Source: a virus
Reading direction: 5' to 3' (one strand)
Virus record (IMG/VR): IMGVR_UViG_3300008259_000347
Span: 1 to 64,000 of that record
DNA length: 64,000 bases
The position numbers and the translations under genes were made by a program. The notes beneath the pieces are model-generated. The model was not told the origin of the DNA and did not search any database. It saw nothing but the letters and a program-made list of their open reading frames with translations. Shown here piece by piece: positions 37,401 through 47,282 of this stretch. Each line of letters opens with the position of its first letter. Position 1 is the first letter of the stretch.

Positions 37401-39571
37401 CAGCAGATAAGAAAATTATTAATATTTCTAGTTTTGGTGCCGCTAGCGAAAATATTTTAGATTCAAATTATTTTATTGCTGACGGTAGCACTTCAGATTA
37501 TATTACAAATGCTCCTTGGCCACAATTATACTCAGACGATGACTTCCAACAAAGTATAGATCGTTTAGGATCTGTAGTTCTTGTTAATAATCAAGCAGTA
37601 GAGTATGAACTGTTTAGAACAGACGAGTCATACGAAACTACTGGATTTGTGGGAATAAGATTCCCACAGCCTCCTGATTATGATGCTATCATTAATTATA
37701 TTATGACAGGAGATGCTAACACTAGTATATCAATTGTCAATTCTGTTACTTTAGACATTGATGGTTCTACTTCTAGTTATAGTTTAGACAGTGTTCCTTT
37801 AGACATGTCTAAGCCGTATGAAAACTACATGCTAGTAACTAACAATGGAGACTTATTACGTCCTATGGATTCAATCTATTGGACATTAAAAGATAATGAA
37901 TATCTATACACTATACCTACTTATAAAGTACTACCATTTACTTTAGACCCAAGCACTATCAAAGTCTATATTAATGGAGAACAGTTAAGTTCGTTGGATT
38001 ATACTTTAAACAATGTGAACTTAACTATTGAAATTCGAGACTTTGTTTATGTAGAAAGCGGTATATTAACACTGGTAAGATTTGAAGATAGTGATTATAC
38101 AATCAGTGGAAACAACATTATATTTGATACAGCACCATCTGGAAATGTAGAAGTTACTACTTTCTTTAATCATTCTGTTCAAAACATTATAAGAACCAAA
38201 GAATTTTTTAATATTACTTCCGCTTTAGTTCCTGGCAGTATTTCATACTATCAGTATCAGAGTATGCGAGGAGGTTCTTTAAGATTGTTTAGAACTACAC
38301 AAGCAGACGATTATGTATGGATAGCCAAGAATAGAAAGTTATTAGTTCATAGTATAGATTACTATCTAGATGATGATTATAGAACCGTTAAATTCAAAGA
38401 TGCTTTTGAAGAAACTGATGTGATTGACGTAATTCTATTTGGTGATAAAAATGTAACCAATGGATTTGGATTCATGCAGTTTAAGGATATGCTGAACAGA
38501 ACTCATTACAAGAGAATCAGCAAAGACAAGAGCACACGACTAGCAAAAGATTTAAAACAAAAGGATCTTACCATAGAAGTAGAAAATGGTGCTGTATTAA
38601 CTGAGCCTAATCGTACACTAAATCTTCCAGGTATTATTGAAATTAATGGAGAACGTATCGAGTATTTGACTAAAACTGGCAACGTTTTAGGACAATTGCG
38701 TAGAGCTACATTAGGCACAGGTAGTCCTGCTATCCATAAACTTACTTCTGTAGTGTTAGATATTGGTCCTACTGAAACTATACCTTACAATGATGAATTT
38801 ATTGTAGAATCTAGTATTGGTGACGGTAGCACTAAAAACATTAGATTAAGTTATGCTCCTACTAAAGTTGATGTAGACTGGTATACAGACACTATTCCAG
38901 CCAATAACGGACGCAGCGATGAAATTGAAGTGTTTGTCGGCGGCTATAGATTGAAGAAAAATGCTTATAGTTTATTTGGAGAGAATAATCAGTATCCAGA
39001 TAGCCCAGAAGGTGATAGCCAATACGAAGCTGAATTCAGTGTCGATGGAACCGAACAAGTACGATTAACTAACGAAGTAGCTGAAAATGTTAAGATTACT
39101 GTTATTAAGAAAGTTGGAAGAGTGTGGGAAGATCCTGCTCCAGCAGAAAGAGTATTTAAAAACATTCAAGCAGGCAGCGGCGGCGCAACTTTTGATGTGA
39201 CTAAAAACGGCACTACCTACGTGTTGACTATGAAACGTGGCGGCATTAACTATACTGTAGGTGATACTTTAATAATATTGGGGTCAAGATTGGGCGGTGT
39301 TACTCCTGAAAATGATATCACTATAACAGTTACAGACGTATCTGATGATAGTTCGTCTAGTATCTTAACTTATACATATCAAGGCCAAGGTGCTAGATCT
39401 GGATATACTACTTCAAGTTTATCAGATTCTGACAATGCAGTAGCTAATTTCTTGAAAAACACTGAGGCAGTTTGGCCACAATACTTGGCTGATAAATATC
39501 AATATGTATTATTAACTGAAACCGGCGAAAGTATTACTGTAGACGGCGACGAACCCCTGGAGCTCGATTAA
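31415..39571 (+). CDS. Giant baseplate/structural protein, C-terminal part (FG-GAP blades, YHYH-family domain, Ig-like repeats)
   Basis: Continues the FG-GAP repeats of the previous ORF in another frame and has no RBS, so it is probably the same gene. Confidence 0.7.
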   Translation: MKTNASGWQLLDNINILGYFPQEVVSNAVDRTPIVITNILPNTPAALPGKKITRATVYYAAQGTAPFVAGQFVEIRAVVPFDYNGDWLVISSTTTQTVIECTLLDKLPGTSITHPKYIFVSGGVITSAIISPTKEQNVESVLAGDLFGYDMKMSGDGSKLVISAPNADQNTYTNYKGTFRSTEKYDLNDVVYYPGGVDPAGYYRYNVTFDSSVAGSFDSTQWTLISNTINKNTGKIFTYEYDGDAYVLIDTLGAQNLNLELEERFGESLSISDSGSHLAVGSSLYTGKFSNQGAVKIFEAYSGSWSLYQNLTSAIPGTNHKFGHYVEFMNDADTLVVYSPNADIKNETTFDNSTTGFDNSTLRIIDLQVLTGRVDIFDKYNTNYIFGESLTTASYNDTTDGYGTSISVGSNNLAVSAPREEDQIYKDSGIIYTYRKPSGKTSWTTLHYERARPNVYQIKKAFLYNRRENILIKYLDIVDPIQGKIPGPADQEIKFKTYFDPATYSVGDTRVNVDDGMAWTNINVGTLWWDLTNAKFLENQGGEIIFRSTTWNTLYETASVDIYEWTESKLLPSERDKIADTEKGLISGISGKSKYGDSVYSIKKKYDTISKTFTNTYYYWVKNSTIVPNKEGRILPAESISRLISDPKSYGYPCLALLGPDSFSLVNCDSYLKDKDIVLSVQYWITDNKEGNAHTQWKIISENINTVIPYEIEQKWLDSLLGKDKNGRTVPDLRLPVKQRFGIENRPRQSMFLNRIEALKQFIERTNTVLKDNLIVDEFDLTPLARFEEKPSAVTGLWDVTIDTDPELRFVGTSQLSQIALSPVIENGKIIDVEVISPGKGYVNSPPVRITGKGTGAEIKIILSDTGSVQTVEILSQGIGYKNDTVLTVRPFSVLVLSDSESYDKWTIYHYNRLDRSWSKARTQTFDVTKFWNYIDWYSSNYNQFTKVNHIVENTYELASLESNIGSIVKVKNVGSGGWLLLEKYSNVVTIDYTQNYRVVGRQNGTIKFLDLLYNFKNQSLGFDGPLYDSDQYDTVPTTELSIILDTIKTKILVDNLRVEYLKLFFASVRYALYEQPFLDWAMKTSFVKATHNAGELKQKITFNSDNLEDFENYVKEVKPFRTKVREYVSAYTRVENAPLSVTDFDLPPIIDDDFKILPLSAVLSENYSIGSSYAQLLDYPWRHWYDNASYSVETLELVDGGTGYVEPPVVKIIDDYGIVTSTNELKSNFDGPNSFWILEEGTMKIVATGLPYHSYGNQEAEHVATDQGYSQILPLRGGTYTAGGHADIPEGIIGYWLNGVAVYNPSAENLAPQGLESITDYNYNAAYASTQVLEYTFNQDQTGGIADQDGRYSYRDFSFRSAWLSGIGNDLGDIDRIDTSEIPYLRSGLEHADGHSKILGFALDGYPIYGPNGYSLATDPTSGISRMTSSYDLKVPSYRTGVIADLQTYPMGMFIQDYTYTGNGTLDKHNGRYCITPDYPNGTYAYFVTTTNAGTPVYPYVVGPTFFGDAAPQDRNDASNGKGTPPRTYSIFNSKAIQATAKAYITNGKVTRITLITAGSGYLKAPRVEFDGGLDTNIIHRPAQAVAMLKSNVVRSNKIVIKFDRITRNYVVTELSQTETFTGTGSRKQFALRFSPVLTVGNTIVKINGNEILRDDYALSVKKTTVKGFTSYYGVLTFENAPVVNSSIEITYDKNFEHLSAADRINFYYNPQTGQLGKDLAQLMTGIDYGGVIVSGLGLSLGGGWDSQPWFNDGWDSYDVGFTDYIVTVSDSTYVYDLPYTPAIGEQINVYVNGVRIDDEYFDSYNGVTVQPNGRTSAPEGRAMQTWTGDGLSKTIELPNLTSAVPVDINTGDKVIFRKSTSDGSINPDPKSFDTQLQGGNLSYTTATGFAPDDILVEGGGRFITPETSHAPEEIVPGHITDTLNIKVFRVPRSGSSTIVSKNYICDGVTTEFSIGQFPNNTAGVFVNLDNVILQLDTDYTIDWQSKTVNMIVAPADKKIINISSFGAASENILDSNYFIADGSTSDYITNAPWPQLYSDDDFQQSIDRLGSVVLVNNQAVEYELFRTDESYETTGFVGIRFPQPPDYDAIINYIMTGDANTSISIVNSVTLDIDGSTSSYSLDSVPLDMSKPYENYMLVTNNGDLLRPMDSIYWTLKDNEYLYTIPTYKVLPFTLDPSTIKVYINGEQLSSLDYTLNNVNLTIEIRDFVYVESGILTLVRFEDSDYTISGNNIIFDTAPSGNVEVTTFFNHSVQNIIRTKEFFNITSALVPGSISYYQYQSMRGGSLRLFRTTQADDYVWIAKNRKLLVHSIDYYLDDDYRTVKFKDAFEETDVIDVILFGDKNVTNGFGFMQFKDMLNRTHYKRISKDKSTRLAKDLKQKDLTIEVENGAVLTEPNRTLNLPGIIEINGERIEYLTKTGNVLGQLRRATLGTGSPAIHKLTSVVLDIGPTETIPYNDEFIVESSIGDGSTKNIRLSYAPTKVDVDWYTDTIPANNGRSDEIEVFVGGYRLKKNAYSLFGENNQYPDSPEGDSQYEAEFSVDGTEQVRLTNEVAENVKITVIKKVGRVWEDPAPAERVFKNIQAGSGGATFDVTKNGTTYVLTMKRGGINYTVGDTLIILGSRLGGVTPENDITITVTDVSDDSSSSILTYTYQGQGARSGYTTSSLSDSDNAVANFLKNTEAVWPQYLADKYQYVLLTETGESITVDGDEPLELD

Positions 39572-42259
39572 TGGCAAAAATATCAGATTTAGTAAAAGTT
39601 ACCACACCTAATGACGCAAATGTCTTTCCAATTAGTGATGGGTTAACTACTAAGAAAATTAGTTTCTTAGATCTAAAAACATCTATTAATACAGTAGCTT
39701 CAGGAACTCAGTTGGGCACAATTAAGATTGGTACAGGGCTTAGTATAGACAATACAGGCACAGTAAGTGTTTTGAATTTTGATGCTTTTACATTAGCGCC
39801 AGCTACACAGAATCAACTAGGCGGTGTAATTATAGGCGAAGGATTAACTGTAAACGAAGCAGGAGTACTTACTTCTGCGTACACTTTGCCCATAGCTACT
39901 CCTACAGTACTAGGTGGAATAAAAGTTGGGGAAGGCCTTACTATTTCCAACGGCATACTTTCCACGATTCCGATCAGTGTAGACGCATTTGATGATTCCG
40001 GAATAACAATTGGGAATCAAAGTGATTTCTTATTTTATGTAGAAAATAGTAATACACCAACTATCAAAGATGATGTAAACGGTGTAATAGTTCTAAGTGT
40101 AAGAGATACTAGTATGGCCGGTAATCTTGCTGACATACGTCTGATATCTCGTGCTAATACAGTAGGGCTAGGAGACGAAACTGCTCCTGCTTTAATTCCA
40201 GATTTTAGCGGTCAAGCAATGAATTTAGGAACTCCAAGTATAAAATGGAGTAAAGTATACGCAAATAATTTCATTGGTAATGTAACTGGTACAGCAGCAC
40301 GTAGTACAGAAGCAGACAGTTTATTAGTAGGGCTAGATTATTTGCCTGCTAGTACCAGTGCTATAACCGATACTATTGTAGCAAGAGACAGTATAGGCAA
40401 CATCAATGCTAATAACTTTATTGGTAATGTTACAGGCAATATTACAGGTAATGCCAGCACTGCTACACAACTTCAAACATCGAGATTAATTAATGGCGAG
40501 CCATTCAACGGCACACAGAATATTACTATAACTGCTGCTAACCCTCAAGCATTAACAAGAGGAAATTACGTCACAGGCGGCTCTGATACTTACGATGGTA
40601 GTAGTGCTAGTACTTGGAGTGTGGTGTTTCTTTTGATGGATCGCAGAACATACAACTTCCTGCTAATCCAGCAAGAGTCGACGAACTTGCAGGTAGTATA
40701 AAAATGTGGGGAAGTGCTACTCCTCCCGCTAATTGGTTATTATGTAACGGACAAAGTGTAAGTAAGTTTGTGTATGCGACTTTATTTTCTAGAATAGGTT
40801 ATACATATGGCGGCAGTGGAGATTTCTTTAATGTTCCAAATCTAACTAATAGATTCGCAGTCGGAGCAGGCGGGTTATACGATGCCAATTCAACAGGCGG
40901 TAATAAAGATCAGTTAGTTATAAGTCATTCACATACCGCAAGTGCTAGTTCTACGTTTACAGGCAATACATTACCTAATCATAGTCATTCATTTACAGCT
41001 TATGTGAACGATCCGGGGCACTCTCATACTACGGTTCAAATGATCGGCGATAACAATATTGACGGGGTCGATAGTACTACTAGAAGATCGGGCGACCATC
41101 ATAACGAAACAAGAAATACAGGAACATCTACAACAGGTATATCTGTAACAGGAAGTATCGGGTCTAGCAATTCTGGTGTACCTAGTGGTTCGGTTAGCAC
41201 ATCTATTTCTATCGGATCCACCGGTAGTAGCGGCACAAATGCTAATCTTCCTCCATATATTGGAGTGTATTACATTATTAAAGCAAGCGACGACGGCAGC
41301 GGTGGTGGCACATTACAAGCAGGTACAGGAATTGATATACAAACATCGGGTAGTTATAGTATAATTTCTAGCACAGTAAACACTAGTGTGTTCTTGCCTA
41401 CAACAGGCGGCTCAATGAGCGGATTTTTAACGCTACATAGTAATCCGTCTAGTGCTAATCATGCTGCTACTAAAGCTTATGTAGATAATCAAATTGCTGC
41501 TGTTCCTTCTAGCAATGATAAACTGCCATTAACAGGCGGTAGCTTATCTGGACCATTGTACTTACATGCTAATCCAGCTGGCGCACTTCAAGCAGCCACT
41601 AAAGCGTATGTAGATAATCAAATCGCGCAGATAAGCAATTATCAAAAAGTCCTAGCATATAAACATGTCGGATGGGGTGTAGGTTACAATACCTACGGTG
41701 ACCATTATTGGGAAGTGTTATCTACAACACATCAGTATATTAGATTCGGCGAGCAATATATGGAAATAAGTCTTACTCCACAGGCCACAAATTCTAGGAT
41801 ATCAGTATTTGTAGAAATAGCTTTCCAGAATCAGTACGTAGCCCATTTTCAAATTAGACGAGCATATGGAAACGGCGCATTTAATCCAACTATAACTAAT
41901 ACTAGTCCGGTAAATTATCATATGGAAACGGCGCATTTAATCCAACTATAACTAATACTAGTCCGGTAAATTATTTTGCTGCTAAAACTTATAGCGGAAA
42001 TTTAGGCCTTTCAGGACATAACATAGCCAACTCTAATTATACACATTATGGTCGAATTGAAAATGCTCAAGGAGCCATGGAAAGAGAAACTATAAGTTAT
42101 ACTGAATTCACTAACAATAATACTCAACTGCGTACTTTTAGAGTAGCAGCTTGCGGACAATGGGCTAATAGTGGCACTTGGTTAAGTGTCAATGATAGAA
42201 AATTGTATAGAGATATGCCAACTTATAGCACGATGACAATTGTCGAATGGTTATCATAA
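39571..42259 (+). CDS. Tail fibre with collar domain, broken by two lesions (about 40622 and 41863-41974)
   Basis: The 376-, 445- and 60-aa ORFs join into one protein: three LGGIKVG-type repeats, a collar (GSIKMWG...WLLCNG...FNVPNL), two LPxTGG...AATKAYVD repeats and a C-terminal head domain. Confidence 0.75.
41863..41974 (+). repeat. Exact 56-nt tandem duplication causing a frameshift
   Basis: catatggaaacggcgcatttaatccaactataactaatactagtccggtaaattat starts at both 41863 and 41919. Confidence 0.95.
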
Positions 42260-42276
42260 TAATTTAGGAACAAATA

Positions 42277-42582
42277 ATGACTTCGTATATTTTTACAATC
42301 GGGGACGCAATTCATTCATTATTACCAAACGCTGAATTCAGTGTTTCAGGTAATGATTATGATCGAATTGAATGGTATTCGGAAAATATTCCCAAGCCAA
42401 CGTTAGCCGAGATTGATGCCGAATTACAAAGATTACAAGCAGATCATGATAGGAAAGATTATCAAAGACAACGAGTAGAAGCTTACCCTAGTATTGAAGA
42501 ACAGTTAGATTTGATGTTTCATGGCGGCTATGACGTATGGAAAGCACAGATTCAAGCAATTAAAGATCAGTTTCCTAAGTAA
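42277..42582 (+). CDS. Tail-fibre-associated small protein (chaperone-like)
   Basis: AIHSLLPNAEF...KPTLAEI...YQRQRVEAYPSIEEQLD...IKDQFPK, a pattern commonly seen after fibre genes. Confidence 0.65.
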   Translation: MTSYIFTIGDAIHSLLPNAEFSVSGNDYDRIEWYSENIPKPTLAEIDAELQRLQADHDRKDYQRQRVEAYPSIEEQLDLMFHGGYDVWKAQIQAIKDQFPK

Positions 42583-42584
42583 AA

Positions 42585-42611
42585 TACGCACTTTATACTT
42601 TTAGGTAAATA
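42585..42611 (+). promoter_or_regulatory. Bipartite late promoter TACGCA-N15-TAAATA (copy 3)
   Basis: TACGCACTTTATACTTTTAGGTAAATA in a 49-nt gap. Confidence 0.65.
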
Positions 42612-42631
42612 TTCAAATAAAGAGAAAACTT

Positions 42632-43243
42632 ATGCAAGGTAGAGATTTATCAGGAATACATATCGAAGGGCATATTAAAATTTATGACCCTACTACACAA
42701 GAGATATTCATTAACAAGCGTAATGCTATTCATTATGAAAATATGAGTATCGCTCTTGCCGAATCTATTGCTAATTCAGGACAAGGATTTATTTACGAAC
42801 TTGTTTTTGGCAACGGAGGAACTACTGTTGATCCTACTGGTATAATTACCTATCTGACTCCTAATAGTACAGGTACTAATGCTGCCTTATATAATCAAAC
42901 TTACAGTAAAGTTGTTGATGATCGCAGTGTAAGTAACGTAGATCCAATTCGTAATAGAATAGAAACAAGACATATCACTGGTGTAAACTACACAGATGTG
43001 TTTGTAACCTGTTTGTTGGATTACGGCGAGCCCACAGGACAAGAAGCGTTTGATAATACCAGTGATAATAAAAGTGATTATGTGTTTGACGAACTAGGAT
43101 TAAAAAGTTATAGCAACACAGGCACTAGCAGATTATTAACTCATGTAATTTTTCACCCTGTTCAAAAAAGTTTGAATAGATTAATTCAAATTGATTATAC
43201 TGTGAGAATACAAAGTCTAACAGGTTTAAGTGAGGTTCAATAA
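42632..43243 (+). CDS. Baseplate/fibre attachment structural protein
   Basis: FGNGGT, FDELGL and HPVQKSLNRLIQIDYTVRI; sits in the fibre module. Confidence 0.55.
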   Translation: MQGRDLSGIHIEGHIKIYDPTTQEIFINKRNAIHYENMSIALAESIANSGQGFIYELVFGNGGTTVDPTGIITYLTPNSTGTNAALYNQTYSKVVDDRSVSNVDPIRNRIETRHITGVNYTDVFVTCLLDYGEPTGQEAFDNTSDNKSDYVFDELGLKSYSNTGTSRLLTHVIFHPVQKSLNRLIQIDYTVRIQSLTGLSEVQ

Positions 43244-45375
43244 TGTCATATCAGATTGATCATACAGATAGACCAAACTTTGGTACAATTACAGTAGAAG
43301 ATCAAACAGTAAATGTTGAAAAAAGTATCGGATTTGTAGGTAAAAACTACACAGGCTACAGCAAGGTAATCGCTGAAAATTTTTTACATATATTAGAAAA
43401 TTTTGCCAGCGCCAGTGCTCCTACTAATCCTGTAGTAGGTCAGTTATGGTATGACACTGAAGCTGATGTTGTAGAAGAAAATAGACAACCTCAGTTAAAA
43501 TTATGGGACGGTACAAACTGGACACCAGCAGGTAATCTAGTTAAAGCAGGTAGTGCTCCAGCAAATGCCATTAAAGGCGACCTATGGACAGATACTACTA
43601 ATCAACAGCTTTACTTATTTTCAGGATCTAATTGGGTACTAGTGGGTCCACAATTCAGTGAAGGTACACTTACTGGTCCTAAAGTTGAAACAGTATACGA
43701 CACTGGAAATGCCACACATTTATTAATCAGTTTTTACATTGGCAATCGTGTAGTTGTTATTTTTAGTAAAACTGAATTTACACCAAAAGTTGCTATTCCT
43801 GGATTTAGTATAGTTAAGCGTGGCATTAACGTTACGTCTGTAGACGATAGTGGAAATACTTCTACATTAAACAAATTATGGGGTACTGCTGAAAAAGCAG
43901 ATGCTCTAGTTGTAGCCGGACGAACTATTTCATCAGATAATTTTTTAAGATCTGATGTAGCAAGTACTTCAAACAGTAGTTTTAGCATTAGAAATAATCT
44001 AGGATTAACAATAGGTTCGGATTTGGCCACAAGCTTGACCATTGATAATAACGGTGCTGCTATTCTGTACAATAAAACAGAAGGCTCTAGCATTTTTATT
44101 AGAACAAATCAAGCAGGTACAACTAATGATGTGATTTCAATCAGCGGCACTAACGTTGGTATTAACAAAACTAATCCTACCGCCACGCTAGATGTTGTAG
44201 GAAATATTCAAACTAATGATCAATTAGTAGTCACAGGAACTACAAATGCGGTAGATTTAACCACAGGCAGTATCAGAACTGCCGGTGGTGTCAGTATAAC
44301 AAAAAGTTTATATGTAGGTACAGGAGCAGTAGTTACAGGACAAATAAGTTCTCAAAGTATTATTCCTTTGACTAACAGCACGTATGATATAGGATCGTCG
44401 AACAATAGATATAGAGTAATACACAGCAAAGAAATGTATGCTGATACATTTTTTGGTAGTTTTTCCGGACAATTAGCAGGTAGTGTGTCAGGAACAGCCA
44501 GCAGATTAGCCAGTAGTACAGCTTTTTCTTTAACTGGCGATGTGAGCAGTAATACAATTAACTTTAATGGTCAGCAACCTAGCGGTGTAGCTACTTTTAA
44601 TACTACAATTACAGCAGATTTAATTAATGCTAAGACTGCTGTTGAAACAACCACTGCTGGCGCACAACTTTTAGTTAATATACCTAGTGTTGGTTTAAGA
44701 AAAATTACTAAAACTAACTTCTTATCAAATGCCGGTGTTATGCCAGCAGGAATAATTTTACCTTTTGCTGGTACCGCTGTTCCAAACGGATTTTTATTAT
44801 GTGATGGTAGCGAACAGCTAATCAGTGCTTATCCAAATTTATTTGCAGTTGTTGGTTACACTTATAGAGCACAGAGTTTATTACAAGGTGCTTCTACATT
44901 CTGTGTACCAGATCTGAGAGGAAGATTTGCTCTAGGTGCTGACAACATGGATAATGGTACATTAATTCCTGATCCATTAGGCAATTTTATTACTACAACC
45001 TTAGATAAGAACGGAGTTCCAAACGCTACAGCAAATAGAGTAACAGATGTTACTGCTGACAACATTGGATCGGGTAATGGAGAAGAAGAAACTACGTTAG
45101 CAGTTAATCAATTACCGGATCACAAACACGATATGCGTGGTACTACATCTACAGGCGATAAAGGTAATCAATATTACGGTATAAGAAATAGCTCTGATGC
45201 GATTACCGATGTTGACGCTGTTCCTCATACTACTAACGGTCCTGACAGTTTAGCTAATGGACAGTACTTGACTAACAGTGGCGGAGTGGCATCTGCCACA
45301 CTTGGACAGCCTGTTAACAAGATGAATCCGTACTTAACTATCAATTATATTATTTTCACCGGCACTTATGCTTAA
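43243..45375 (+). CDS. Tail fibre with C-terminal collar domain
   Basis: Shared N-terminal GKNYxGY...ENFLxxLENF...GQLWYD module. Collar PAGIILPFAG...GFLLCDG...PDLRGRF, ending PYLTINYII. Confidence 0.8.
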   Translation: MSYQIDHTDRPNFGTITVEDQTVNVEKSIGFVGKNYTGYSKVIAENFLHILENFASASAPTNPVVGQLWYDTEADVVEENRQPQLKLWDGTNWTPAGNLVKAGSAPANAIKGDLWTDTTNQQLYLFSGSNWVLVGPQFSEGTLTGPKVETVYDTGNATHLLISFYIGNRVVVIFSKTEFTPKVAIPGFSIVKRGINVTSVDDSGNTSTLNKLWGTAEKADALVVAGRTISSDNFLRSDVASTSNSSFSIRNNLGLTIGSDLATSLTIDNNGAAILYNKTEGSSIFIRTNQAGTTNDVISISGTNVGINKTNPTATLDVVGNIQTNDQLVVTGTTNAVDLTTGSIRTAGGVSITKSLYVGTGAVVTGQISSQSIIPLTNSTYDIGSSNNRYRVIHSKEMYADTFFGSFSGQLAGSVSGTASRLASSTAFSLTGDVSSNTINFNGQQPSGVATFNTTITADLINAKTAVETTTAGAQLLVNIPSVGLRKITKTNFLSNAGVMPAGIILPFAGTAVPNGFLLCDGSEQLISAYPNLFAVVGYTYRAQSLLQGASTFCVPDLRGRFALGADNMDNGTLIPDPLGNFITTTLDKNGVPNATANRVTDVTADNIGSGNGEEETTLAVNQLPDHKHDMRGTTSTGDKGNQYYGIRNSSDAITDVDAVPHTTNGPDSLANGQYLTNSGGVASATLGQPVNKMNPYLTINYIIFTGTYA

Positions 45376-45385
45376 GGATTAATCA

Positions 45386-47248
45386 ATGGCGTATCAAATT
45401 AATAAAACAGACGGAACATTATTAACTGAGATAGTAGATAGTGCTATTGACCAAACTGCTACCGATTTAACTCTAATAGGTAAAAATGTTTCTGGGTACG
45501 GCGAGTACATAAATGAAAATTTTATTAAACTGTTAGAAAATTTTGCTTCAGAAAGTCAACCTAGTAATCCTATTAAAGGTCAATTGTGGTATGATACTAC
45601 AGAAAACAGATTAAAAGCCTACGACGGCGGTGGGTTTAGACTAGGTAGCGGTCCTATTGTATCAGGGGAAGCACCTCTTACACTAGTACAAGGCGACTTA
45701 TGGATCGACAGTGCTGAAAATCAGCTATATTTTTATGATGGCACAGACCTGCAGCTAGCAGGACCTATATATAAAGACAGTCAAGGTATCAGCGGTGAAA
45801 CTGTAGAAACTATTGTTGACACAAATAATATACCACGAGTTATTGTTAAGCAATGGGTCGGTAGTGCACTAATAGGTATTTGGAGCAAAGAAGTATTACA
45901 GTTCTTTCCTAAACAGGCTATACCTGGATTTAGCGGAGCTATTGGACCAGGATTTAATGCCAGCACCTTAAGCGGATTAAAATTTAATGTCACTGCTACT
46001 AGGGCTAATAATTTAATAGATGATGTTGGTAATGTAATCAGTCCTAACTTCTTTATGAGAACTAATCAGTCGACTGGTACGTCGGGCACTGTTTCTATAG
46101 CAAATACACTACCACTTATATTAGGTCCATTTGGTAATAATGAAATAATATCAGACGGAACTAATTTTCAGTTAAAATCAAATATCACTAATCAGAATTT
46201 TAGAATTCTTATCAAAGATTCTTTAAGCACTAAAGATGCTATAACTATTAATGCTGCTAATAATAAGATAGGTATTTTTCAATCCACTCCGGCATACACA
46301 CTAGATGTCGATGGTACTGTAAGAATTACTGGAGACTTGTTAGTTGAAGGCGCAACTACTACAATAAACACAAATAATCTTGTTATTGAAGATCATGTAA
46401 TTGAATTAGCTGCTAATCAAGATAGTTCAGTATCGGATGAATATGCTAACCAAGGTGGAATAGTTTTAAGAGGCACAACTGATCACAGTATTATTTGGAG
46501 TAAAGCGCCAGCAAGTAGTTGGAAAAGTAGCGAGCATTGGGATTTAGCATCAGGTAAAGAATACAGAATTAATGGCGTAAAAGTTATTGATGGTACTTCT
46601 TTAGGAGCCAGTATTACTAGTGCTCCTGGAATTACTTCGTTAACTGGATTAACTTCTCTTGTAGTTGATTTTATTGATCTAAACAGTAATACTATCAGTA
46701 CTGTTTCTGGATCTGTTCAAGATCTTGTACTCAGTCCAGATGGCGCTGCTAATGTCAGCGTAGCCAGCTCTAGAATAGTAAACTTAGCTAATCCTGTAAG
46801 TTCAAACGATGCTGTTAATTTAACTACATTAGAAACACAGGTAAAAACAAAACCTTTGGCGTTTAGTATGGATGCTACAGGGTTAAATGATAATGATATT
46901 GCCACTTACTTAGACGAAATAGCACCCTATCCTGATTTTGAAGAAGGAACTATAGCAAGAATTCTGTGTACATATCAGTTAATTTCATACCCGTCAGTGT
47001 CATTTACATCCAGTACAGGGCCTCTTGACACATCTGGGGATTTTGTAAAATACTATATTGCTGTAGATAACAGTGGAAATGTGGGTACTAAACCAAACGA
47101 ACCAGTACTACAGGATTTTGATACTAATGCTAGTATAGATTTAGGCAGTGCTACTGTACAGGTTTCTAGAATTGTTAAATTATTCCAGATATCAAGTGGT
47201 GTTTGGATCTGGACTGGTAATGGTAGCGGACCAATCATAACACCGTAA
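45386..47248 (+). CDS. Tail fibre / baseplate-anchored structural protein
   Basis: Same N-terminal module as its neighbours; Ser/Thr/Gly-rich beta repeats. Confidence 0.7.
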   Translation: MAYQINKTDGTLLTEIVDSAIDQTATDLTLIGKNVSGYGEYINENFIKLLENFASESQPSNPIKGQLWYDTTENRLKAYDGGGFRLGSGPIVSGEAPLTLVQGDLWIDSAENQLYFYDGTDLQLAGPIYKDSQGISGETVETIVDTNNIPRVIVKQWVGSALIGIWSKEVLQFFPKQAIPGFSGAIGPGFNASTLSGLKFNVTATRANNLIDDVGNVISPNFFMRTNQSTGTSGTVSIANTLPLILGPFGNNEIISDGTNFQLKSNITNQNFRILIKDSLSTKDAITINAANNKIGIFQSTPAYTLDVDGTVRITGDLLVEGATTTINTNNLVIEDHVIELAANQDSSVSDEYANQGGIVLRGTTDHSIIWSKAPASSWKSSEHWDLASGKEYRINGVKVIDGTSLGASITSAPGITSLTGLTSLVVDFIDLNSNTISTVSGSVQDLVLSPDGAANVSVASSRIVNLANPVSSNDAVNLTTLETQVKTKPLAFSMDATGLNDNDIATYLDEIAPYPDFEEGTIARILCTYQLISYPSVSFTSSTGPLDTSGDFVKYYIAVDNSGNVGTKPNEPVLQDFDTNASIDLGSATVQVSRIVKLFQISSGVWIWTGNGSGPIITP

Positions 47249-47282
47249 TCAAACTAAATATATAAAGTTAAGGGGTAATTAG

